From the IMG/VR virus record IMGVR_UViG_3300027852_000002, positions 1-64,000 of that record: a stretch of 64,000 nt of DNA; one strand, given 5' to 3'. The position numbers and the translations under genes are program-made. The notes under the pieces are model-generated. The model worked only from the letters and a program-made list of their open reading frames with translations, did no database searches and was not told the DNA's origin. This document shows, piece by piece, positions 25,673 through 35,700 of the stretch (positions within the stretch are counted from its first letter, which is position 1; the number at the start of each line of letters is the position of its first letter). The stretch comes from a virus.

Positions 25673-26142
25673 CCCCAGAGCCCCCCCTTTCAGTTGAAAG
25701 AAAAGCTATCATTAAGCTTCTTACTAAAATAGAAGAACTTAAAATAGAGAACAAACTATTAAAAAATGAAATAGCAGAAACTTTCAATCGTCAAATCACT
25801 GATTATTTTTTAAAGTGTTTTTCAAACGCTAAAAAGATGAAATCTATAACAAGTGAAAGCTTTGTTCTTTGTGGAGTATATTGTTTGTTTAGTAAGGGAA
25901 ATCTTGTTTATATAGGGCAAAGTATTAACATATTTGCTCGAATTCAAAACCATACAGATAAAACTTTTGATACTGTTCGGTTTTATCCTTGTGAAGCTAA
26001 ACACTTAAACGAACAGGAAAGCTTCCTTATAGGTTTATTTAAACCAAAGTATAATATATCAGGAACAGGATCTACTCTTATTAATAAAGAAAACATTGGG
26101 GAAGTTTTAGTAGGGCTTTCTTATGCCCCAGATGATTTATAA
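25669..26142 (+). CDS. GIY-YIG homing endonuclease (free-standing)
   Basis: GVYCLFSKGNLVYIGQSINIFARIQNH matches the GIY...YIG...R..N motifs. The gene is strongly AT-rich compared with both flanks. Confidence 0.8.
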   Translation: MTPEPPLSVERKAIIKLLTKIEELKIENKLLKNEIAETFNRQITDYFLKCFSNAKKMKSITSESFVLCGVYCLFSKGNLVYIGQSINIFARIQNHTDKTFDTVRFYPCEAKHLNEQESFLIGLFKPKYNISGTGSTLINKENIGEVLVGLSYAPDDL

Positions 26143-26346
26143 CCTAGCCGGGGGGTCATTAGCCCGGACGGTCTTGAGCAGGTCTATTGGGCCGAGGGAG
26201 TAAAAAGCCTGCTGTCAGAGCTGATGGTCCTCCGTAATTAGTCATACCCAGTGATCTGACCGTCTGACCCACGTCACGGGCTCTAAGGAGGGAAAAAGTT
26301 ACCTAGACAGATTTCACTCATCCAGCACTACTGAGTAGAGGTGTAA
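26143..26346 (+). other. ORF-free G+C-rich structured spacer downstream of the GIY-YIG gene
   Basis: Hairpin at 26148-26152/26163-26167. A nested 7-bp helix at 26167-26173/26258-26264 encloses a 6-bp helix at 26177-26182/26208-26213. An AAGGAGGG at 26285-26292 has no start codon after it. Confidence 0.35.
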
Positions 26347-26526
26347 ATGAATATCGAAGAGCTAAAAATTAAAATTGTTAATGAAATGGATAACTGGGAT
26401 CCAGAAGCTCTTTTAGAGTGGGCTAAAGAACAACGCCATATAGATCTGGACGATCTTCAAGATGAAGATATCTACCAAATCGCTACTCAAACTTTTGGGG
26501 ATTGGGAGCAAGGTGTTTCTAAATGA
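26347..26526 (+). CDS. hypothetical acidic protein (59 aa, not in track)
   Basis: Hand translation MNIEELKIKIVNEMDNWDPEALLEWAKEQ...; GAGGTG upstream. Confidence 0.5.
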   Translation: MNIEELKIKIVNEMDNWDPEALLEWAKEQRHIDLDDLQDEDIYQIATQTFGDWEQGVSK

Positions 26527-26627
26527 ACATAAAAATACTAATCGGTCTTGTTAAACAGTTCATTGCTCTCTTTGAAGTAATAGAATATTTCCATCCTAAA
26601 TCTAAATCTAAAAGGAGAAGAAAATAA
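26523..26627 (+). CDS. hypothetical 34-aa hydrophobic/basic peptide
   Basis: ATGA junction upstream and TAATG downstream. Sequence MNIKILIGLVKQFIALFEVIEYFHPKSKSKRRRK. Confidence 0.35.
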   Translation: MNIKILIGLVKQFIALFEVIEYFHPKSKSKRRRK

Positions 26628-26845
26628 TGTTAGCGATTGTTGATATAAAAGGTGTAGATGAATCAGACTATACTGATGAAGTAGCTGAGCTATTATCAAC
26701 AATAGGGATGGGAATTTATTGGAGCGAAGAACTTCATACTAAAGCTAAAGTATTAGCCGCAACAGTTCAGGTTGAACTTGATAAAGTATATATTAGTAGA
26801 AATACAGAAACTGAAAATACTTTTCCAAGAGATTACGAGAAATGA
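26627..26845 (+). CDS. hypothetical protein, paralogue of 13536-13733
   Basis: AAGGAGAAG upstream; shares the TIGxGxxWSxE segment. Confidence 0.6.
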   Translation: MLAIVDIKGVDESDYTDEVAELLSTIGMGIYWSEELHTKAKVLAATVQVELDKVYISRNTETENTFPRDYEK

Positions 26846-26854
26846 ACGAGGTAA

Positions 26855-26992
26855 ATGATGTATAAATGCACCAGTTGCGGAAAGATGAATTGTGGTTGTT
26901 TAGGAAGATGTTCTCATTGTGGAGCTGCTAAGCTCCCTCCTAAACCTAAACCCAAAGACCAAAAACAAAAGAGGAGCAAAGATGGATACTAA
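26855..26992 (+). CDS. hypothetical zinc-ribbon peptide (45 aa, not in track)
   Basis: Hand translation MMYKCTSCGKMNCGCLGRCSHCGAAKLPPKPKPK.... Confidence 0.4.
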   Translation: MMYKCTSCGKMNCGCLGRCSHCGAAKLPPKPKPKDQKQKRSKDGY

Positions 26993-27185
26993 AAACTATC
27001 GGAAAAAAAGCATACAACCAATGCGGCCTTACATCCCAGGGGAAGATATGGCTGGTATCAGCGTATCACCTGAAGATACGCTAGAAGAAGGAGGAATGGT
27101 CGCTCACAACCCCCAAAATCCACAAGACCGTTGGTATATAGCCAAGCAATTCTTTCTCGATAACTATGAGCTAGTTGATGGCTAA
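26982..27185 (+). CDS. hypothetical protein
   Basis: Start moved to ATG 26982, with GAGGAG 5 nt upstream. Sequence MDTKNYRKKSIQPMRPYIPGED.... Confidence 0.6.
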   Translation: MDTKNYRKKSIQPMRPYIPGEDMAGISVSPEDTLEEGGMVAHNPQNPQDRWYIAKQFFLDNYELVDG

Positions 27186-27408
27186 ATTCACCTACGGATC
27201 ATTTGACTATGGTTGTCAGCAAGCTACCTGTCTTACCTTTGGTAATATCCGCCATGCTTGTAGATACATCGGACGTAGACGCAAACTAAAGATGGATATC
27301 TATTCTCGCGAACGCTTGAAAAAATGGTTTAGAACCCCAAGGATCCGTCATAAATGGAAACCAAAATGGAAACCAATTCTACAGCAGAGAACGAGATTTC
27401 GAAGATGA
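27178..27408 (+). CDS. hypothetical very basic protein
   Basis: 76-aa ORF with ATG 27178; overlaps the upstream stop. Confidence 0.4.
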   Translation: MAKFTYGSFDYGCQQATCLTFGNIRHACRYIGRRRKLKMDIYSRERLKKWFRTPRIRHKWKPKWKPILQQRTRFRR

Positions 27409-27440
27409 AGATAACAAAATGGGAGGAGAGGTAAGCAGAG

Positions 27441-27665
27441 ATGGTAATTTTACAAAACCCGAAGAAAGTTAAAGATTCGCTGGAAGCGTTTAAGCGTTCT
27501 ACTGAAAAAGAGCCTGCTTCACTGGCTAGTTCCTCATTACTTCAACCCGAAGATAGCAAGCGAGTGGCAGATGCTTTGGTGCTATCTATATCTAACATGG
27601 AAGCTGAATTTGCCGGGATGTGCGGTCACATACAATCAATAATCTGGTCGAGAGGTAAGCAGTGA
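27441..27665 (+). CDS. hypothetical protein
   Basis: GGGAGGAGAGG and the AAGCAGAGATG leader lie upstream. Confidence 0.6.
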   Translation: MVILQNPKKVKDSLEAFKRSTEKEPASLASSSLLQPEDSKRVADALVLSISNMEAEFAGMCGHIQSIIWSRGKQ

Positions 27666-27853
27666 TGGATACACCAAGACCCGACGATATTGAAAGGTTA
27701 CGCGAACGGAGAAAAGAAGAGCCAGAAAGTGATTTTGTACGGATACGTCTTGCTGCATTTGAAAACGGGAAGTGTGATCATAGCGAATACACGTTCAAAA
27801 AGTTTGGGCGTGTATGTCCATGTGGCGAATGGCTTAGTGATTTTGGCGACTAA
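27665..27853 (+). CDS. hypothetical protein
   Basis: TGATG junction; contains C...CPCGEW. Confidence 0.55.
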   Translation: MDTPRPDDIERLRERRKEEPESDFVRIRLAAFENGKCDHSEYTFKKFGRVCPCGEWLSDFGD

Positions 27854-27974
27854 CGCTAAATATAAATGCCTGCGATGTGGACATACTTACAAAGACAAAC
27901 CAGGTCCGACAGAGTGTCCTAAATGTGGCCATTTATATGTTAAGTGGGTGAATTATGAAGATGCTGGCGTATAG
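27843..27974 (+). CDS. hypothetical zinc-ribbon protein (FmdB-like YxCxxCGH...CPKCG pattern)
   Basis: YKCLRCGHTYKDKPGPTECPKCGH. Only non-ATG starts are available (TTG 27843 or GTG 27837). Confidence 0.4.
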   Translation: MATNAKYKCLRCGHTYKDKPGPTECPKCGHLYVKWVNYEDAGV

Positions 27975-28012
27975 CAGATGAAGCATAAACGCCGCATATT
28001 GAAATAGATGCA

Positions 28013-28035
28013 GAGGGGTAGGCGAGCATCCCCTC
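28013..28035. terminator. stem-loop at the convergence point of the two gene blocks
   Basis: GAGGGG-11 nt-CCCCTC. No strong U-tract on either strand. Confidence 0.35.
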
Positions 28036-28062
28036 CCTGTATTCTTGGTCACCTATCTATAC

Positions 28063-28230
28063 TTACTGTCCTGTTTGCCTAATCCCTCTTTTCTTTTTCG
28101 GTTTCTTTGGAGTACCTGAAGCAGCTTCTATAGCTGCATCAATACTACGCCCACGTCCAGATAAAGACCTAGCAGCTTTCTCAGCTAACCCACCACCTAA
28201 AGCTGGTCGTTTCAATTTCTTTCCACTCAT
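28063..28230 (-). CDS. hypothetical basic protein (55 aa, not in track)
   Basis: Hand translation MSGKKLKRPALGGGLAEKAARSLSGRGRS...KKPKKKRGIRQTGQ. AGAGGA upstream. It is the last gene of the - strand block. Confidence 0.45.
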   Translation of the reverse strand: MSGKKLKRPALGGGLAEKAARSLSGRGRSIDAAIEAASGTPKKPKKKRGIRQTGQ

Positions 28231-28278
28231 CGTATTATCCTCTTACTTTGATTTACAATTAGTTAAACCTATTATGCC

Positions 28279-28593
28279 TTATCTTACCTTTTGTTTCTCT
28301 TTAATATCTTTTAGCCGCTTCAGACTTTTCCCAGCATCACGTTTTATATGCTTCTCCAGAGAAGTTAAAGGCCGTGCAGCCTTCACAGCTTCATACTGCA
28401 AAAGCATCTGCTGCTTCTGTTCAATACGAAGATCTAATAAATAGTTATGAGTGTTACTACTAACTTGTATGATCTGTTCTTTAAGTTCCGTTTGGTTATA
28501 TCGATCTTCAGCAAAAAACAGACCTGTAGCTGTAGCAGACATTGCTGCCACAATAACTGTAGCCTTCACAAACATATCTGTTCTCTCCTTCAT
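28279..28593 (-). CDS. membrane-anchored coiled-coil protein (spanin/holin candidate)
   Basis: One N-terminal TM helix (FVKATVIVAAMSATATGLFFA) followed by heptad-like charged sequence. It lies adjacent to the hydrolases. Confidence 0.5.
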   Translation of the reverse strand: MKERTDMFVKATVIVAAMSATATGLFFAEDRYNQTELKEQIIQVSSNTHNYLLDLRIEQKQQMLLQYEAVKAARPLTSLEKHIKRDAGKSLKRLKDIKEKQKVR

Positions 28594-29153
28594 TTAATAT
28601 CCAACGCCTTTACAATCTTAGGCCCAAAGAAACCTAACTTTCTCCACTCAAACACATCACTATGACCGTTGGAAACAAACTCATAATTATCTTCCTTGTT
28701 ATAGTTGATATACCGTTCATCATCTCCTATATATCCAGAACTCCCCATCTTTCCCCAAGGATGATTTGGTAACCAACGAGCTATTTTAACCGTACTATCA
28801 GACGGTGAATGCCATACATGACAGTGATTGATCTGTGGGGCCAGCTCTGTTCTACGGTTTAGAGCAGCGTTGATATAAACCATCTGAGAAAACGGTGCGT
28901 TGTAATGAGCAGCGAGATTCAGAATTGCACATCCGTTACTATGCCCTACCCCAATAGAACCTGGCTCCACGACGCGAGATATAATTCGTGCGATACCTGC
29001 GTTACACAGACGCACGCCCAGCAGAAACTTCCACTCATAATCCAACTCCTTTACTGTATAACCAGCTCGCTCAAAATACGGGCGAAGACGGTCAGTAGTA
29101 CCATCTCCTCCATCTCTCACATTAAATCCATGTAACAAGTACACCGTTGGCAT
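28590..29153 (-). CDS. alpha/beta-fold serine hydrolase (esterase/lipase-like)
   Basis: Nucleophile elbow GHSNG, with candidate Asp (SPSDS) and His (NGHSD) in the canonical order. 187 aa. Confidence 0.7.
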   Translation of the reverse strand: MPTVYLLHGFNVRDGGDGTTDRLRPYFERAGYTVKELDYEWKFLLGVRLCNAGIARIISRVVEPGSIGVGHSNGCAILNLAAHYNAPFSQMVYINAALNRRTELAPQINHCHVWHSPSDSTVKIARWLPNHPWGKMGSSGYIGDDERYINYNKEDNYEFVSNGHSDVFEWRKLGFFGPKIVKALDIK

Positions 29154-29761
29154 TACGCTTCCCCAGTAGTTAAGTGAGCCTGCCCTAACGGTAACGCTTT
29201 TTGCACGGGCAGAGGATAAGACTTAGGCCAGCGATATCCCAGCACTCGTGAACGTGGAAACGCTTTGATGTTTACAGCGTTAGCCTGGTTGCAGCCCCAT
29301 ACCAATAAGCGACCTTGTGAATCCTTTCCTACAACCATTCCTACGTGACCTTTCCAAGAGTTCCTACTACCTCTCCAGAATATAACGATGCAGCCAACAG
29401 CTGGTTCTTCCAGCTCAACTCCCCATTTTAGATATGATCGAGCATTAGCTTTTCGTGAACTAATGATATCCGCTTCCTCTAACACTCCACCCATCCCGGC
29501 TGCGCACCACGGCGTTTCATCATCACGGATACCAGACATACGTATGGCTACCCACCAGCGAAGAATTTGTGGATTATGTCTGTGGCCTGGAATCTCTTTC
29601 AACCCAACATACTTTAACGCGATCTTTATCCAAGGATACTGAACAACAGGATCCTCTTTTACCAATCCAGTAAGCCGGTCTAACTCCTCTACCAGCTCCT
29701 GCATCAACTTCCGATCAGTCTTCTCTGCTAGTCGCGCTTTAACTCGTTCGCTAATATTCAT
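29153..29761 (-). CDS. NlpC/P60-type (TIGR02594-like) peptidoglycan hydrolase; endolysin or virion lysin candidate
   Basis: Contains ETPWCAAG, KGHVGMVVG and WGCNQ. Start moved to ATG 29761, with GAGGAG 5 nt upstream and 2 nt after the giant gene's stop. Confidence 0.75.
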   Translation of the reverse strand: MNISERVKARLAEKTDRKLMQELVEELDRLTGLVKEDPVVQYPWIKIALKYVGLKEIPGHRHNPQILRWWVAIRMSGIRDDETPWCAAGMGGVLEEADIISSRKANARSYLKWGVELEEPAVGCIVIFWRGSRNSWKGHVGMVVGKDSQGRLLVWGCNQANAVNIKAFPRSRVLGYRWPKSYPLPVQKALPLGQAHLTTGEA

Positions 29762-29763
29762 AA

Positions 29764-32700
29764 TTACTCCTCGTACAGTTCTTCCATTCTCTCCGCCCAT
29801 GGGCGTAATGTATTCTGGAATGGCAGACTATGGGACAACCATCTCTTCGTAGCTTCTTCTTTACCGCCAGCCAGTGCTCGCAGCCCTTGTATTGACCACT
29901 CAGCCGTGGGCCCTAGCACGCTCTCCATTGGGAACTTACCATGTTTCATATCCTGGTCAGCATTCACCGCTATCTCACCTACACCGAGCAGTCCAGACCG
30001 CTCGAAGGCATACCAGGCATGATCCTCTACTTCCCAACCTTCTTTATGAGGATCATCACCGAGCATGTGCTGTAGGGCGTCACGTGCCACCTCAGCCATC
30101 ATCATGCCAGGTATATACATCCCCATCATCATAGCAGGTCGCCAGTCATTCTGTTGCGCAGCCTCGTGATAACCTCTACGGATAATGGTGTCATAGAAGG
30201 AATACATGAAGCCCTTCATGTGGAATACCAACATCCACTTAGGATCTGACGCCCAGGTGGGCCTGGTTGCTGCTGTAGGCCGTAGAATGGCTCCGTCTAC
30301 CCAACGGTTGATGGCTGACTGTACACGGTCCTCACGCTCGATCCTGGCGTCCAGCTGGGTAATAGCGTCGCCTATGTCCTCTCCCTGAAACTTGCGTTCA
30401 GTCAGGACATCACGCTCAGCCAACAGATCAGCGTATTCCTGGTAACTCATTACTTTTACGTTGCCATCATCAGTAAACTGCAAGTCACCTTCACGCAGCC
30501 CCAGCTCATCCAGATACCGCGCACTGTGTTCAGTCGGGTTCTGACTATGAGACTTGAGAAACTCTGTGGCTCCGGCTACACCCATAACCCTGGTAAACCG
30601 AGTGAACTGAGTCAACATGGTTATGTTGAAAAACCACTCATTCATTCTCTGCAGACCACCAGTAAGATACGTACCGCCATACTGCCACTGCAGCGCTTCG
30701 TTGGTAGTGTGCATCTCGATAGTACCCAGAGTCTCAGCCAGCTCACGTGTAGCAGTCTTATCGTCCTTGACCTTAGCTTTAATTTCCTCCCAACCGGCTT
30801 TATACGCATGCCACGCTATCCGCATGTCGCCAGAGCGTACAGCGATGCCCAGAGGGTCTACGAGGCTGGAGAACAGAGCCGTGCTGAGCAGGCGCATGTT
30901 CTGGTATACAATCATGGCTCCCATGGCTTTCTGGAGCTTAGGATCGATGTCAGCCCCTAATACACCCATTTGAGCATCGGTAAATTTCTGCAGCTGTTCC
31001 ATCTGCGCTGGAGTGGCTCCGTGGCTCCTAGCCTTCTGGTACATCTCCTCCATCTTCTCACCATTTTTACCAAAACGCTTAACGAACTCAGCTCGTTTTA
31101 CACTCTGGTTTACATACTGATATAAAGTAGCACCCAGGTCTTTCTGTAAGAACGGTGCTAACTCATCACGGTGGTCATCCAGGAAGTTGAGTGTACGCAG
31201 CTCCTGTGCTCCCATATATGGCCGGTGCATAATCCGTTCACTCATGAAATCCAGATCGCCCTCACCATTATTACGTACAATGGCGGCATAGATGGCGTCA
31301 GCCTTACGCTGCTTCATCTCATCAGTGATCTCTACTCCTTGCATAGCAGGATTCTCCTGCTGAGTACGTTTACCAGTGGCTGGGTCATACGTTACTCGCA
31401 TACGATAGAAATCATCCGGCGCATACTGAATAATCAGCTGTTTGAACCCTTCAGGATCCTGCTGGATAGTATCGATGTCGTAATTACGTGGAAAGTAGTC
31501 TGGTCCACGCGAACCTATCTCTACACCATTACGTTTGGCGTATGCTCGTACTAACCGCATCACTTTCTGAATTGCCTGCTGTGCTCTGCGTATCTCCGGA
31601 TCTTCCGACAACTGACCTCGTTGCAAGCCATCTATAATCTGCTCAGCATAATCAGTAGAACCGTACTGATTGACGATTTCCTGAATATGTTCTTCAAACT
31701 TGCCAGACATACGCCGTACACCTTCGTGCCAGGTTTCCTTGATGCCACCGTAGCCATACACACGCTGGAACTGCTGCACAATTAATCGAACGTGTGGGTT
31801 ACCCATACCTACAAGGTTAGCGTAGCCCTGCCCCAAGATCTTCTGTACTGGGTCGCCGACGGTCTCCAGAACATTCCTCACCTGAGCCGTAGCGTACTGA
31901 AGTTTATTCTGTGTGAGTTGTTTAGGCCGGTGTAGCGTCATGGCTGGGTTGGCTTCTTTACGCAGACGCAGCTGCTGATCCTGCAGCACTTTAAGTATAT
32001 CTCCAGCCTGATCATACTTGGTTACAATCCCCAGGATCTCCCGTATACGGAACAGCAGCTTGGCAAACACACCGTTAGCCTGTGGGCCAAGTTTGATTCG
32101 CCCTTCGCGTAACAGAGCATAGCCGTAGGCCACGGCTTCATCCGGGTTATTACGTATTCGGTCCACAGCTCCAGGAGTACCTGCCAGCTCGCGTTCAAGT
32201 TGGCGCATCACAGGGAATGAAGTAAATGCTCGACTGAGTATTCCCCGCTCTTCAGCATTGAGTAGCGTGTAGAGAGCATCACGAACTGCCTGTTGGTTAC
32301 CCTGGAAGTCGTTGTTGTCCAACATGGATGCTGCCATCAGCGCCTCTTGTGGATCGACATCTTTGCCAACATGTGCCCTGACTCGTTTAGCCACTCTGTC
32401 GAGAACCTTAGTCGCCTTATCAGGAGCCTTGGTTTCTTCAGCTACCTCCTTCATCTTGGCTACAGTCTCAACGGTGGTGTTGGATTTGTTGTCCCACAGA
32501 GAGTTCAGATATCCAGCCACTTTACGATTAGGCATATACCCTTCTTTCTTCATCTGGGCGAACGCTGCTTTGATCGCATCAGCTACTTCCTTGAAGAACT
32601 TATCAACCAGTGAACGTGGGCGCTTATTCATCTCCATCCAGCGAGCGACGTTATCGGCAAACCACTCAGTGTAACCAGTCTCCGACCCAACCAGGTATTC

Positions 32701-35700
32701 CTGCTGCTCCTCAGACATCTCCTGGATATCAATATTATGCCCACGCTCCATACGGTTCATAGCGTAGAAGAAAGGTTTCTTACCTTCCACAGCTGTATGT
32801 AGGTCAGTACGTCCGTGCTTCTTCACCCAGGTCTGGTAAGCCTTGTTCATCGCCTGCTTGGTAGCGTTGTCAGCATTACGCATGAAGTGACCGAACACAG
32901 CGTGTCCAATCTCATGCGAGAGTATTTCAAACCGCTCCACAGCTGTTAGGTCAGGATGAGGATGTACAAATATGTAAGAGGTCTTCCCTTTCGTTGCATG
33001 GAATCCATGAGCCAGGTTACGCTCGATGCGATCCTTCTTATGAGGAGCGACTTTCAGCGCCTCTTCCAAAGTAAGAATCTTGATATTTACATCCAGCCCC
33101 ATCTTCTCAACAATGCGGTCAGCAAACTCCTGCATCTTCTGGTGAGTAGTTGTATCTTCAGCTTTAATCAATTCTCTGATCGTTAGAGGTTCACGAGGCT
33201 TGCGTACGCCTTTTTTTGTACCAGCTTCAGTGATACGTTTAAGCGCGTCATCAAGAGGTTCTACCTTAGCCCCAGAATCTCTCTGCTTAGCTTGTGTTCT
33301 TTTTCCTACAGGTTTCTGTCCCTCAAACCCACGCACAGCTGTTTCTGCTCCACGCATGGTCGGCCCAGCTCCTTCAGCCTGCTCTAACTTAGTTATCTCC
33401 TGACGAAGCTTACGAACTTCTTGTGCCAGCTCTTTTTTAATTTGGTGCTTTTTCAGTGGCATGATACGCCGCTTCGCATCAGGCATTAATTTCAAAAAGG
33501 CTTCATATGCAGCTTGGTTGCTCATAGAGTCAACCTTGTCACGCAGATCTTTTACCTTCTCATGACGAGAGTTCATCCGCTTCGACGCAGCTGTGTCTTC
33601 ATCTACACGCTCACCTTTATTCTTACGCTTTTCAAAACGCTCTTCCTTAATTTCACGTACAGGATCCCCGCGCTCATCACGATATATAGGGGCAAGTGGT
33701 ACAGCGTCAGGCGTACCAGTCTCCGCTCCAGGCTCCTGTTCAATCTCTGACGGATCGAAAACCTGGTAACGTGGGTTGTCAGTCAAACTCTGTACTTGGG
33801 TTGTATCGAGACTACGCTCAATTACTTCACCAGTTTCGATATCCAATACTGAGAAGAAAGGATAAACTCCAGGTGCTGTTTCCGATTGACTCGGAGTCAT
33901 GACATCAGCCAGAGTGAGTTTCGCAGATCCACTCTTATAGACTACGATGCGCTGCTTCACATTGTCAGGAATACTATCAAGATCCACCTGTATATCCTGG
34001 TGCATCCGTAGAGAGTTGAGTCCAGCAATGAGCTGATCACTTACCTGCTGTAACCGTTCTTGGGAATTCACTACACCTTCGATGTCCTGCAGTTTCTGTC
34101 CCTTCTCTTTCTGATACATCATCTGCGACAGACTCATAGCATTGATAATTACCGGCTTACCATCGCCGCGCACACCAACGATGTCATGCTCTTTGAGTTT
34201 AGGCACGCCTTTGGGCGGATCGTAGTAAGGGTTCTCGATATTATCCATGAGCCAGCCTTCTTGACTCTTACTTAAATCTGCAGCTTTACGAGGTTGGCGC
34301 AGTGGCTGCGACACCACTTTATCCTGAAACAGCTTTGTAGACAGGTCACGTGGAGAAAGTGCCACGCGCTGGCTGGAGTCGAACAACTTCCCACGAGGAT
34401 CTAATTCCAACGTAAGGAAGTGTTCGAGAAACTTCTCTGGGTTTTTTGGATCAAATAATTTATTCCAATCCAGAGTGTTATTCGCAATCTTGCGCTCCAG
34501 CTGTTGCTGGCGTTTCGGTAGCGTCTTATTAATATAGTTCTCCAGGTCAACTACGCTTTGTGAATTGTATTGACCTGCGTTACGTGAACGGTAAGCGCTA
34601 GCAGCTTCAATCAGGATATCGTTATCAGACATATCCCGACGTGCGTTCATAGATTTCAGATTAGCGCTGAGTTTATTGAGTTCTGCTTTATCTGGAGATT
34701 CAGATCGTTTCATTCTACCGATACGACCTTGTAATGTTTTACTGTTACGATACAGCGCAGTTTTATGCCCACGGATTAACGCCTGAGTTTGCTCAGCACT
34801 TAGAGCTGTAATATCAAACCCGGAACCTTCCAACACAGCACTGATATCATCTTCACGAGCCTTAGCATCACTCAAAGCTACATTAGCAGCGTTCATAGTA
34901 TCAGGGATGCTACCCAACGCCCGTTGTAACTTCGAAGATTCTTTCTCAAAAAACCCACGAGCATAGTCAGCCACAAACTCATCTTGTTGGAGTTTAGTTT
35001 CGAATGCGCCTTCAGCTTGAACACGGATCTTATCCAACAGTGTGCGTACTTCTGCGCCTTGCCCAATAGCTCCAAACTGCTCAAGACGTCTATGAATCCC
35101 ACGCACTGCGTTCTGCATCATCTCTCTAGCAACAGCTGGGCGTTTACCACGAGCAATCTGTATTGCCTCCCCAGATAATTCTGGCTTGGAATCTTCGAAA
35201 ATACGGTTCACTTCTTCAGCAAACATACCGTGGGCAAAAGCCTCATCAGAACCAGGTACAACCCCTTCTCCAACTTCCTGACTAATATCCAGCCCCATGG
35301 CCTCAGCTGCTTCAGGACTAAAATCATCAGCCATCTCCTGGATATCAACTTCAGACAGAGTTGCCTGACGTTCGATCTCTTTGTCCAGATCGCCCATTAT
35401 CTTGGTAAGTTTTGGATCTACGCCAGCAGGAGCAGGGATACCACCCAATGCACCGAATGGACCACCGGCGATAGCACCAGCAGCGAAGGCATTCATAATT
35501 GCCGACACACCTTCTTCACCAAGAATCTCCTTATTCTGATCTGCCACCTTCATAGCAGTGCGGCTGATAACTTCCTGCATCGCTTCAGTCGAACCTTCTG
35601 TTACAGACTGGATCAACGCTTCTTTGCCCATACGTTTAACAACGCCGTTCTTAATCTCTTTGAGGGCCAGTTCTTCTACTGTCTTACCGCCAAACTTATT

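Noticed and set aside
25490-26346. Group I intron housing the GIY-YIG gene
   Set aside because: The flanking ORFs (DUF932-like, the acidic 60-aa ORF and the next small ORFs) appear intact and unsplit. There is no room for a 5' intron half upstream of the endonuclease, and I could not identify P7/G-site elements by eye. It is kept only as something to test under the 26143-26346 finding.
28279-28593. Embedded o-spanin (Rz1-like lipoprotein) inside the membrane coiled-coil gene
   Set aside because: I translated the alternative - strand frames by eye and found only very short ORFs with no lipobox. There is no support.
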